64,000 bases of DNA from Frankiales bacterium. Its GTDB lineage: Bacteria; Actinomycetota; Actinomycetes; Mycobacteriales; SCTD01. The position numbers were made by a program, and so were the translations under genes. The DNA lies in the NCBI GenBank assembly GCA_043762595.1, contig JAYUMN010000054.1, forward strand, positions 4,604-68,603. The letters are read 5' to 3'. The notes under the pieces are model-generated. The model searched no databases. It saw only the letters and a list, made by a program, of their open reading frames with translations, and was not told the origin of the DNA. This document shows, in pieces, positions 39,354 to 48,003 of this stretch (positions are counted from its first letter, which is position 1; each line of letters starts with the position of its first letter).

Positions 39354-40340
39354 ATGAACACCGACCGGGTGGGGCTCCCCCGGCCGGCTGTGACGATCGT
39401 CGACCCGGCGGCGCCACGCTGCGCCCAGACGGGCGACCAGGGGCGCCCACCGGTCTGGCGTCCCGGCGGCCGCACCTGGGCCGTCGTCGGGGGGACCCTG
39501 GTTGTGGTGGTGACCCTCTCGGCCGGCCGGCACGCCCTCGACACCCGCCACGCCAGTCGGGTCGCGGCGCGTCGGGCAACCCTCGCCGCCGCGGTCGTCG
39601 CGGTCCGCATCGGCGGCCCGGGCGGGCGCGACAGCGCCGGCGGCGCCGCATCCGTCGGCATCCGGCTGGTCAACTCCGGACCCCGGCCGATCCGGCTCGA
39701 GGCAGCTCGGCTCGACGTCGGGGGCTGGACCGCGAGACTGCCGGCCGAGCCCGTCGGGGCGGGTGCAAGCGCGCTGCTGGAGCTGCGCCGCAAGGTCGAG
39801 TGCGCCACCGTCGACCGGCTGCGGAGCCCCGCGATCGTGCTCCTCACGGTCCGCACCGCGGACGGCCGCAGCCACGACACATCACTCGGGCTCGGTCCGC
39901 AGGACGCGGCCGACCCGGCCCGCCAGGTCCGGGAGGCGCTGTTCAGCGCGCCGAGGCGGGCCTGCGGCGTGCTGCCGCCGATCGACGCCTTCGCGGTCGA
40001 CCTGGCGCACACCTCGACCTCCCAGCGGCCGGGATCGGTGCTCACGGTCCTCCCGATCGCCAACACCTCGTCCCGACAGCTCACCCTGTTGTCGGTCCGT
40101 GGGATCAACGGTCTCGCCGTCGTCAGCGCCAGTCAGCTGCCCGTGCTGCTGCCACCCGGTCGTGGGAGCCGCTTCGCGATGGTCCTGACCCTGGCCGACT
40201 GCCGGGACCCCCTGCTCCGGCAGGCCCGGATCGCCGTCACGCTGCGCGGCGAGGGCGCCGACTACGCTGAGACAGACACCGATCTCGGCGCCGCCGCAGT
40301 AGCTGCCGTCAACGGTCTCGGGGTGCGGCGCTGCCGGTGA
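39354..40340 (+). CDS. hypothetical single-pass membrane protein with two similar beta-rich extracytoplasmic segments
   Basis: ATG 4 bp after the upstream stop. TM helix WAVVGGTLVVVVTLSA. Two segments each carry a strand-like pattern (GIRLVNSGPRPIRLEAARL and TVLPIANTSSRQLTLLSVRG). Confidence 0.6.
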   Translation: MNTDRVGLPRPAVTIVDPAAPRCAQTGDQGRPPVWRPGGRTWAVVGGTLVVVVTLSAGRHALDTRHASRVAARRATLAAAVVAVRIGGPGGRDSAGGAASVGIRLVNSGPRPIRLEAARLDVGGWTARLPAEPVGAGASALLELRRKVECATVDRLRSPAIVLLTVRTADGRSHDTSLGLGPQDAADPARQVREALFSAPRRACGVLPPIDAFAVDLAHTSTSQRPGSVLTVLPIANTSSRQLTLLSVRGINGLAVVSASQLPVLLPPGRGSRFAMVLTLADCRDPLLRQARIAVTLRGEGADYAETDTDLGAAAVAAVNGLGVRRCR

Positions 40341-42258
40341 CGAGACCGTCCAACACCCGGACGGCGGGCTCGGCGGGCGGTGGTACCCGTCCGTAGCACT
40401 CCTGCTCCACGACGCCGAGCGCCTCGGCGGCCGGACCGAGGACGCCAAGCCTGGCCCGCAGCTCGCCGATCGACTCGGCCGGCCGCCGGCCGTTCGCACC
40501 GAGCCGGGCGTCGAGCCGCAGGAAGGCCGCAAGTGCCGGCCCGGCTGGGGCGCCCGGCGCAGCACCGGGCCCCGGCCGCGGCGTACGACGGGGCGGCCGG
40601 CGGCGGGCCAGGACCAGCGTGACCAGGCCGGTCAGCAGCAGCAGGCCGGCCGCAACGGCGGGCCGGCCGCCGGGGACGGCGGTGATCGCTACCAGGGACG
40701 ACCGCCCGGCGGCGGCGAGCCGACGGCGCAGCGAGCGATGGACCGCGCCGGACCGGCCCCCGACGGCGAGCACCGCCCCAGCGGTCGGGTCGGACGGCGA
40801 CCACCCAACGCCGGGGTAGGCCACCTCGACCCATGCGTGCAGGTCGGCCTGGCGGTAGCGCCGTCGACCGGCGCTGTCCGGCACGCCGTACGCGAGACCG
40901 GTGACAAGGCGGGCCGGGATGCCGACCGCGCGCAGGAGTACCGCCTCGGCGCTCGCAAACTGCTCGCAGAAGCCGGTCCGGTCGGTGAACAGGAAGCGGT
41001 CGACGGCGTCCTCGTCCGGTCCGGGCACCGGGGAGTCCAGGCGGTAGGTGGCGTGTGTGCGCAGCCAGCCTTCGACGGCGAGCACCGCGTCGTAGCGGCT
41101 GGGCGCCCCCCTTGTGAGTTGCCCGGCGAGCTGGGCCACCCGGTCCGGCAGGCTGCGCGGCAGCTCGCGCCAGCGCCGGTCGTCCTCGTCGGCGCCACGC
41201 GCGCCACGCAGCAGCTGCGGATCGGCGACCTGCTCGGAGCTGGTCACCCGGTAGCCGGTCTGGGCCCGCCCGGTCGTCACGACATCGCCGAACGGGCCGA
41301 CCTCGACCCCGCCCGGCCGGGCCGGCACAAGCGCCTGCACCGGCCCGGGTGACCACACCGTCCCGCCGACCTCGGTTGCCAGGGTGACCAGATAGGTGCG
41401 GGTCGCCGCCAGGGGAGACGGCGGACCCACCAGGACCGACCTCGCCGGTGGAGTCGTCCAGGTAGCCCCGTCGTAGTGGTCGTAGGTTGTCGCTCGCCAC
41501 AGCGCCGGCGAGGCCGCCGGCACCCGGGCCACCGCCTCGTCCGACAGCGTCCCCCGCGAGCGCAGGTCGAGGCTGGCCGAGCGATAGCTGCCCGGGCTGC
41601 GGGGGGCGGCCTCGCCGAGCGGGGAGTTGCTGCTCACGGCCTGGCCCAGCCGGCCGCGCAAGGACGCCGAGACGGCCGCGGGCACCAGCAGGAACGCCAC
41701 CAGCCCGAGCACCATCGCGAGCGCGGTTGGCGGCGCGAGCTGGCCGAGCCGGATCCCTCCCGGGGCCACCCGCAGCTGGTGCAGCCGCATCCCGGCGACG
41801 AGCGCAGCCGCCCAGCCGGTCAGCAGCGGCAGCCCGACGAACACATCGGGGCTGTACGACGCGCCGAGCACGAGCAGTCCGAGAGCCCCCAGCAGCCCGA
41901 CCCGCAGATCCCGGACGGTCCGCCAGGTGAGCCCTTGGGAGGCCACCACGCCGACCAGCAGCAGGCCGAGCGCGTCGCGGGCCGCGCCGGGGCCGCCGCC
42001 GGCGAGCGCGCGTGGCGGCGTGAGCAGGAACAGCAGCAGGATCAGCCCACTCGCCACGGCGCGCAGCAGCCTGGCCCGCCGCGCATCGGCAGCCAGCGCG
42101 GCCCGCGAACCGCCGGCGAGCACCGCCGCCGCGAGGCACAGGGCCGGCCAGGGCAGCACGCCGGCGACAGTCGCCGCGAGCTGCCCGGACAGACCCGCGG
42201 CGACGACCGCCCGCCGCAGGCCCGTCCCTTCCATGCCGACCCGTTCCGCGCCGATCAT
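40309..42258 (-). CDS. transglutaminase-like membrane protein (TgpA / DUF3488-transglutaminase type)
   Basis: Multi-TM N-terminal half. Core TGFCEQFASAEAVLLRAVGIPARLVTG...ADLHAWVEVAYPGVGWSPSDPT (Cys-His-Asp). C-terminal TM. Confidence 0.85.
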   Translation of the reverse strand: MIGAERVGMEGTGLRRAVVAAGLSGQLAATVAGVLPWPALCLAAAVLAGGSRAALAADARRARLLRAVASGLILLLFLLTPPRALAGGGPGAARDALGLLLVGVVASQGLTWRTVRDLRVGLLGALGLLVLGASYSPDVFVGLPLLTGWAAALVAGMRLHQLRVAPGGIRLGQLAPPTALAMVLGLVAFLLVPAAVSASLRGRLGQAVSSNSPLGEAAPRSPGSYRSASLDLRSRGTLSDEAVARVPAASPALWRATTYDHYDGATWTTPPARSVLVGPPSPLAATRTYLVTLATEVGGTVWSPGPVQALVPARPGGVEVGPFGDVVTTGRAQTGYRVTSSEQVADPQLLRGARGADEDDRRWRELPRSLPDRVAQLAGQLTRGAPSRYDAVLAVEGWLRTHATYRLDSPVPGPDEDAVDRFLFTDRTGFCEQFASAEAVLLRAVGIPARLVTGLAYGVPDSAGRRRYRQADLHAWVEVAYPGVGWSPSDPTAGAVLAVGGRSGAVHRSLRRRLAAAGRSSLVAITAVPGGRPAVAAGLLLLTGLVTLVLARRRPPRRTPRPGPGAAPGAPAGPALAAFLRLDARLGANGRRPAESIGELRARLGVLGPAAEALGVVEQECYGRVPPPAEPAVRVLDGLVTGSAAPRDR

Positions 42259-42333
42259 GGAGTTTCCGACGGCGCCGCGCGGTCAGCACCGGCGCACAAG
42301 TTCCATCGTCGGCGGATCAGGGAGCGGCGGGAG

Positions 42334-43329
42334 TCAGCCGGCACCGAACACCACCACCCGTACGCCGGGCAAGCGGCAGGCCTGCCCGCGGTCGGCCACC
42401 AGGAGCAGCACCGTGCCGCCGGGCCCGGCCGCCCTGGTCGCGGCCAACAGGTCGCTCGCGAGCAACGGGCCGGCCCGGTCGACCCCGGCGAACCAGTCGA
42501 GCACGCCCGTCACGCCGAGCCCGGTCGCCAGCGGACCGCCGAGCAGGACCGGCAGGGCGCCGTCGCGGGTGGCCTGCACCGCGAGGGCTGCGGCCTGCGC
42601 GACCCCCTCCTCCCAGACCGGTCCGGCGCCGCCGCCACCGGTGAGCACGATGAGCGAACGCCCACTGTCGCGCTCGCGTTCGAGCACGACGGGGCGGCCG
42701 TGCCGGGCGGTCGCCCTCGGCGAGACCGAACGGGCGCTGTCGCCGGGGCGCCACGGCCGTAAGCCGAGCACCTCGGCGCCGGCCCCGGCCAGCGGGCGGC
42801 TGTGCTTCGCGCCGCCAACCGATCCGACCGGGTCGAGCGCCCGCGCAGGGACCGCGACCGGGTGCACGATCAGCCGGGCCGCCGCGGCAACCTCGCGGCG
42901 CACCCGCACCAGGCCGTACGGCGCGGCCGAACTGAGCTGCGCCGATGTCCCGTCATACACGCCGCGGCGCAGCGCGGTCCGGTGCTCGGTGAACCACGCC
43001 GTCGCCCCGGGCGCGAGGGCCGGGACGGCGATGACGACCGGCGACAGTCCGTCCACCCGGTCGGTCCAGCGCAGCGGTGGGCTCGTCCGCCGGCCGACGT
43101 TGCAGATGGTGTGCACCACCTCGCCGGGTTGCCCGGCGACGGCCCGAGGCGGACAGCGACGGGTGACTTCGAGGTCACCGAGGCGGGCCGGTAGCAACAG
43201 GGCGGCGACCGGCAGACCGAGGCAGGCGGCCGAGCCGAGGGCGAGCCAGCTGTTACCGGTCACCCGGACCAGCAGGTGCAGGACCAGCGCGGCGCCGAGC
43301 GGCAGCCAGCAGGCGCGGGTCGGCCTCAT
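42334..43329 (-). CDS. DUF58-domain protein
   Basis: Two N-terminal TM helices, then LGLRPWRPGDSARSVSPRATARHGRPVV, the DUF58 signature region. ATGA overlap with the moxR stop. Confidence 0.8.
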   Translation of the reverse strand: MRPTRACWLPLGAALVLHLLVRVTGNSWLALGSAACLGLPVAALLLPARLGDLEVTRRCPPRAVAGQPGEVVHTICNVGRRTSPPLRWTDRVDGLSPVVIAVPALAPGATAWFTEHRTALRRGVYDGTSAQLSSAAPYGLVRVRREVAAAARLIVHPVAVPARALDPVGSVGGAKHSRPLAGAGAEVLGLRPWRPGDSARSVSPRATARHGRPVVLERERDSGRSLIVLTGGGGAGPVWEEGVAQAAALAVQATRDGALPVLLGGPLATGLGVTGVLDWFAGVDRAGPLLASDLLAATRAAGPGGTVLLLVADRGQACRLPGVRVVVFGAG

Positions 43330-44303
43330 CCCCGCAGCGGCACGGGGACCGCGACGACCAGCTCGGCGACCAGCTGCTGACCCCGACGCAGCCCAGCGCC
43401 GTCGCGAAGCACCAGCCGATGGCCGAGCACGGGGGCGGCAAGGGCCTTGACGTCGTCGGGCAGCACGTGATCACGACCTCCGAGCAGCGCGCGGGCCTGC
43501 GCGCAGCGGACCAGGGTGAGCGCCGCGCGGGTGCTGGCCCCCAGCTCGACCGCGGGGTGGTTGCGGGTGGCCTCGGCGAGCCGGACGGCATGATCGAGGA
43601 CGGCGTCGGCCACGTGCGTGCGGCGGCTCTCGGCCCGCACGTGGACCAGCTCGTCGGGGGTCGTGACGGCACCGAGCTCGTCCACGGTCGCGTGGTCTAG
43701 CTGCTCGCGGACGACCCGCCGCTCGGTCGCGGGGTCATTCGGCCCGAGAGCCAGCGTCACGGCGAACCGGTCCAGCTGGCCCTCCGGCAGCGGATAGGTG
43801 CCGTACTGCTCCAGCGGGTTCTGCGTCGCCAACACCACGAACGGGTCGGGCAACCGGTGCCTTGTCCCGTCGACCGTGACGGCGCCCTCGTCCATCGCCT
43901 CGAGGAACGCCGATTGCGTGCGCGGCGGCGTGCGGTTCAGCTCGTCGACAAGGACCACGTTGCCGAAGATCGGCCCAGGAACGAAGCAGAAGCCGCGCCG
44001 GTCGGGCTCCCACACCCCACTGCCGGTGATGTCACCAGGCAGCAGGTCCGCGGTGCCCTGGATCCGCTGGAAGCTGCCGCCGAGGCTTCGGGCGACGGCC
44101 CGGGCGAGGGTCGTCTTGCCGCTGCCGGGGACGTCCTCGACAAGCACGTGGCCGCCGGCGAGCACCGCGCAGACGACCAGCTCGACCTGTCCACGCCGGC
44201 CGTGGACGACCAGCTCGACATTGGCCACCAGCCGGCTCGCCACGATGGCGGCCCCGGCTCTGCCGGGCATCGGCAGGACGTCGGCGAGGTGTTGCGCGGT
44301 CAA
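43326..44303 (-). CDS. MoxR-family AAA+ ATPase
   Basis: GGHVLVEDVPGSGKTTLARAVA, VLVDELNRTPPRTQSAFLEAM, VLATQNPLEQYGTYPLPEGQLDRF. The start is uncertain: TTG at 44303, ATG at 44270, or the track start at 44414, which overlaps the divergent gene. Confidence 0.85.
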   Translation of the reverse strand: MTAQHLADVLPMPGRAGAAIVASRLVANVELVVHGRRGQVELVVCAVLAGGHVLVEDVPGSGKTTLARAVARSLGGSFQRIQGTADLLPGDITGSGVWEPDRRGFCFVPGPIFGNVVLVDELNRTPPRTQSAFLEAMDEGAVTVDGTRHRLPDPFVVLATQNPLEQYGTYPLPEGQLDRFAVTLALGPNDPATERRVVREQLDHATVDELGAVTTPDELVHVRAESRRTHVADAVLDHAVRLAEATRNHPAVELGASTRAALTLVRCAQARALLGGRDHVLPDDVKALAAPVLGHRLVLRDGAGLRRGQQLVAELVVAVPVPLRG

Positions 44304-44377
44304 CAGCTTCTCCTCAAAGTTGGCGTTGCCGGGTGCATCGGCGTGCGTTTCGGCCCGCTCAAGCCCACAGTGGGGAT

Positions 44378-45109
44378 GTGACCATCGAGCCACTGCGCGA
44401 GGACGCTCCGCCACTGCCCGGTCGGGTGGTCTTCAGCCAGCGCTGGACTGACCTGGCGATGCTGCACTGGCCGGTCGACCCGGCGCTCGTGGCCCCGCTG
44501 CTGCCTCCGGGCACGTTCGCTGATCTGCACGATGGCGCGACGTACGTCGGGCTGGTGCCCTTCACGATGACCGATGTCGAGGTTCTGGGGACGCCGCCGC
44601 TGCCCTGGCTCTCGCGCTTCGACGAGACCAATGTCCGCCTGTACGCCGTGGACGCCGACGGCCGTCGCGGGGTCGTGTTCCGCTCGCTGGAGGCGGCCCG
44701 GCTGCTGCCGGTGCTGGCGGCGCAGCTCGCCTACCACCTGCCCTACCGCTGGGCCAGGATGCGGGTGGTCGCCGACGGCCCCCGACGCACCTGGACCACG
44801 TCCAGGCGCTGGCCGGGCCCGCGCGGCGCCGGCGGAAGCATCGCGATCGAGATCGGCGAACGTTACGAGCCCGACCCGCTGTCGCTGTTCCTGACCGCCC
44901 GCTGGGGGCTCTACTCCCGCTTTTACCGCGGTAGGACCGCCTGGGCGCCGGTCCACCACGAGCCGTGGCCGCTGCACCGGGCCCGGCTGCTGCGGCTGTC
45001 CGACAACCTCGTCCAGGTCGCCGGGCTCCCCGCCCCGGTCGGTGAGCCGCACGTGCTGTGGAGTCCCGGCGTGACCGTCCGGATCGGCCGCCCAACGGCG
45101 CTGCGCTGA
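44378..45109 (+). CDS. DUF2071 (YqjF-like) protein
   Basis: FSQRWTDLAMLHWPVDP...GLVPFTM...FDETNVRLYAV...GVVFRSLEAAR...YHLPYRWARM. GTG at 44378 preferred. Confidence 0.7.
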   Translation: MTIEPLREDAPPLPGRVVFSQRWTDLAMLHWPVDPALVAPLLPPGTFADLHDGATYVGLVPFTMTDVEVLGTPPLPWLSRFDETNVRLYAVDADGRRGVVFRSLEAARLLPVLAAQLAYHLPYRWARMRVVADGPRRTWTTSRRWPGPRGAGGSIAIEIGERYEPDPLSLFLTARWGLYSRFYRGRTAWAPVHHEPWPLHRARLLRLSDNLVQVAGLPAPVGEPHVLWSPGVTVRIGRPTALR

Positions 45110-45140
45110 CCGGGCCGGGTTCAGGGCCGGCGGCGGGCCG

Positions 45141-45412
45141 TCGGCACAAGTGCACCGGCGCGCGTCACCTCGGGCCGGCGGCGGGGCACCGGCGCGGGTG
45201 ATCTGTGTGCGGCTGGGATCGGGGGCCAGCTCGCCGCCTGCGCAAAGATCACCTCGCTGTGAGCGGCCCCGGCCCTGACCGGGTGATCTTTGTGCAGCTG
45301 CGAGCAAGGCCACTCTCGCCCAACGCGCAAAGATCAACCTTGCCACCGCGGCAGGCGGCCTCAGCCGGATGATCTTTGCGCAGCTGAGCGGCTAGGTGAC
45401 CTGTGCAGCACC
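45141..45412. repeat. about 3 tandem copies of an 85-86-bp unit, each carrying an inverted pair of an 18-bp motif (consensus GTGATCTTTGCGCAGCTG)
   Basis: Forward arms at 45198-45215, 45283-45300 and 45369-45386. Reverse arms at 45235-45252 and 45320-45337. Degenerate copies at about 45141-45156 and 45396-45410. Located in a convergent intergenic region. Confidence 0.8.
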
Positions 45413-45424
45413 CAGCCGGCGCGC

Positions 45425-47449
45425 CTAGCCCAGCGGGGCCAAGCCGTTGGCCGCGCGGACGACCTCGACCACCGCGGCCATGATCTGGGTGAGCTCGAAG
45501 TCCTTGGGGGTAAAGACGCGGGCTACGCCGGCTGCTCGCAGCCGAGCTGCGTCAGCGTCGGGGATGATCCCGCCAACGACAACCGGCACGTCACCGGCGC
45601 CCGCCTCGCGCAGACCCTTGAGCACGGCCGGCACCGCCTCCATGTGTGAGCCGGACAGGATCGACAGCCCGATGACGTGGACGTCCTCCTCGACCGCCGC
45701 GGCGACGATCTGCGCAGCGGTCAGCCGGATGCCCTGGTAAACGACCTCGAAGCCGACGTCGCGGGCCCGGACGGCGATCTGCTCGGCGCCGTTGCTGTGC
45801 CCGTCGAGGCCGGGCTTGCCGACCAGGAAGCGCAGCCGGCTGCCGAGCTCAGCGCCGGTCTGTTTGACCTGTTCGCGGACCGCCGCGACCGCCGAGCCGG
45901 CCTCAGCACCAACGATCGCGCCGCTTACCCCGGTCGGCGCGCGGTATTCCCCGAACACCTCGCGCAGCACCGAGCTCCACTCCCCGGTCGTGACGCCCGC
46001 GCGGGCGCAGGCGATGGTGGCCGGCATCAGGTTCTGGTCGGTCTTGCACGCATCGCGCAGCGCCCGCAGGGTTTCGTCGACCAGCGCGGCGTCGCGGCCC
46101 GCCCGCCAGCCGCGAATCGCCTCGACGGCGCGTGCCTCGGTCGCCGGGTCGACGGTCATGATCGCGCCGTCGATGTCAGCCAGCAGCGGGTTGGGCTCGC
46201 TGGTGGTGAATCGGTTGACCCCGACCACGACGTCCTCGCCGGCCTCGATCCGGCGGCGCCGCTCGGCGTGCGATGCCACCATGGCACTTTTCATGTAGCC
46301 GGTCTCGACGGCTGCGACGGCGCCGCCCATCGCCTGCACTCGGTCGACCTCGGCCCGCACCTGGCTCACCAGGTCGTCGACTTTGGCTGCCACCACGACC
46401 GAGCCCTCGAACAGGTCGTCGTACTCAAGCAGGTCGGTCTCGAAGGCGAGCACCTGCTGCAGCCGCAGGGACCACTGCTGATCCCAGGGACGTGGCAGCC
46501 CGAGCGCTTCGTTCCAGGCCGGCAGCTGGACGGCGCGGGCACGGGCGTCCTTCGACAGCGTGACGCCCAACATCTCGAGCACGATCCGCTGGACGTTGTT
46601 CTCCGGCTGGGCCTCGGTCAGCCCAAGCGAGTTGACCTGTACGCCGTACCGGAACCGGCGGTGCTTGGGATCCTGGACGGCGTACCGCTCGAGCAGCAGC
46701 GCATCCCACAGGCGGGTGAACGCCCGCATCTTGCACATCTCCTCGACGAAACGGACTCCGGCATTGACGAAGAACGAGATCCGGGCGCAAACCTCACCGA
46801 AGCGTTCGTCGGACACCTGACCGGCGGCCTTGACCGCGTCGAGCACCGCGATAGCCGTGCAAAGCGCGTAGGAGATCTCCTGGACCGGCGTGGCGCCAGC
46901 CTCCTGCAGGTGGTAGCTGCAGATGTTGATCGGGTTCCACTTGGGGATCGCGGTGACCGTGTAGGCGACCATGTCAGTGATCAGCCGTAGCGACGGACCG
47001 GGCGGAAAGACGTAGGTCCCCCGGGAGAGGTACTCCTTGATGATGTCGTTCTGGGTGGTGCCGGCAAGCGCTTCGGCGTCGGCGCCCTGTTCCTCGGCAA
47101 CCACCTCGTAGAGCGCCAGCAGCCACATTGCGGTGGCGTTGATCGTCATCGAGGTGTTCATCTCGGCCAGCGGGATGTCGTGGAACAGCGCCCGCATGTC
47201 ACCGAGGTGGCTGACCGGGACTCCGACCTTGCCCACCTCGCCGCGGGCCAGCTCGTCGTCCGGGTCGTAGCCGGTCTGGGTCGGCAGGTCGAAGGCGATC
47301 GACAGGCCGGTCTGCCCTTTGGCCAGGTTCATCCGATAAAGCTCGTTGCTCTTGACGGCAGTGCTGTGGCCGGCGTAGGTACGCATCACCCAGGGCTTGT
47401 CCCGGGACGGCCGGGTGACGGATCCGCTGCCGTTCGCCGAGCCGGTCAT
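45425..47449 (-). CDS. ecm: ethylmalonyl-CoA mutase (MeaA-type B12-dependent acyl-CoA mutase, fused B12 domain)
   Basis: KPWVMRTYAGHSTAVKSNELYRMNLAKGQTGLSIAFDLPTQTGYDPDD. C-terminal GKPGLDGHSNGAEQIA (DxHxxG-type B12 loop). Confidence 0.9.
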   Translation of the reverse strand: MTGSANGSGSVTRPSRDKPWVMRTYAGHSTAVKSNELYRMNLAKGQTGLSIAFDLPTQTGYDPDDELARGEVGKVGVPVSHLGDMRALFHDIPLAEMNTSMTINATAMWLLALYEVVAEEQGADAEALAGTTQNDIIKEYLSRGTYVFPPGPSLRLITDMVAYTVTAIPKWNPINICSYHLQEAGATPVQEISYALCTAIAVLDAVKAAGQVSDERFGEVCARISFFVNAGVRFVEEMCKMRAFTRLWDALLLERYAVQDPKHRRFRYGVQVNSLGLTEAQPENNVQRIVLEMLGVTLSKDARARAVQLPAWNEALGLPRPWDQQWSLRLQQVLAFETDLLEYDDLFEGSVVVAAKVDDLVSQVRAEVDRVQAMGGAVAAVETGYMKSAMVASHAERRRRIEAGEDVVVGVNRFTTSEPNPLLADIDGAIMTVDPATEARAVEAIRGWRAGRDAALVDETLRALRDACKTDQNLMPATIACARAGVTTGEWSSVLREVFGEYRAPTGVSGAIVGAEAGSAVAAVREQVKQTGAELGSRLRFLVGKPGLDGHSNGAEQIAVRARDVGFEVVYQGIRLTAAQIVAAAVEEDVHVIGLSILSGSHMEAVPAVLKGLREAGAGDVPVVVGGIIPDADAARLRAAGVARVFTPKDFELTQIMAAVVEVVRAANGLAPLG

Positions 47450-47493
47450 CGGCCACCCTCTCGCTCGTGTGGCACCAGCGTATCGGCGACCCC

Positions 47494-47829
47494 TCAGGGG
47501 CAGCGCGTCGTACGCAGCACCCGGTCCAGCCGGGTGACGAACAGCAGTCGACCGACCGGGTCGGGGACGTCACGAAGAACGAGCGTGCGGCCGGCCCGCT
47601 GGGCCCGGCGATGCGCGCCAACGAGGACGCCGAGGCCAGTCACATCGACCGCGCGGAGCTCGCTGAGATCCACGACGAGCTCGCCAGCTCCGTCGTCGAC
47701 GGCCTGGGCGAGCGCGAGGCGGGCATCGGTCGACGCGCTGACGTCGAGCCGGCCGTGCAACGACACGACGGTGCCGGTCTCGATGACGCGTAGCCCTGAG
47801 GGTCCGTCAAGTTCGATGGTCATCCGCAC
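47494..47829 (-). CDS. STAS-domain anti-sigma-factor antagonist
   Basis: LHGRLDVSASTDARLALAQAV...LVVDLSELRAVDVTGLGVLVGA. Confidence 0.8.
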   Translation of the reverse strand: MRMTIELDGPSGLRVIETGTVVSLHGRLDVSASTDARLALAQAVDDGAGELVVDLSELRAVDVTGLGVLVGAHRRAQRAGRTLVLRDVPDPVGRLLFVTRLDRVLRTTRCP

Positions 47830-48003
47830 GGGGCCTCCACACCAAGCGTCCTACCAACTTGACGCTCGAGTACGCCACGCGGGTTACCGGATGTGATCAC
47901 GATCACGACACGGTTCACGCTCGCCACGCCGGTGGTCAGCAGATCGTCACCCAAGCGCAACCCTGGTTCGCCCTCAGTCCCAGCCTGAGGAACACTTCGG
48001 TGG

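Noticed and set aside
40262-42289. 675-aa minus-strand ORF in an alternative frame of the transglutaminase gene
   Set aside because: It is extremely Arg/Ala/Gly/Pro-rich (RRRR runs). The 40309-42258 frame carries the TM helices and the Cys-His-Asp transglutaminase core.
41627-43450. 607-aa plus-strand ORF (and the similar ORFs 41476-42762 and 14120-15898)
   Set aside because: These are antisense shadows of the TgpA/DUF58 genes and of the thioredoxin/mutase genes. They have Ser/Arg/Pro/Ala low-complexity composition.
45141-45412. Possible CRISPR array
   Set aside because: The repeats alternate in orientation and are degenerate (13-15 of 18 identities between copies). The array is only about 3 units with 19-30-nt gaps, and no cas genes are present. 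I describe it instead as a palindromic tandem repeat.
47830-48003. tRNA-like element (GGTTCG at about 47955-47960)
   Set aside because: There is no T-loop consensus (GTTCGAATC), no acceptor or anticodon stems, and no CCA context. No tRNA or rRNA was found in any intergenic gap of the window.
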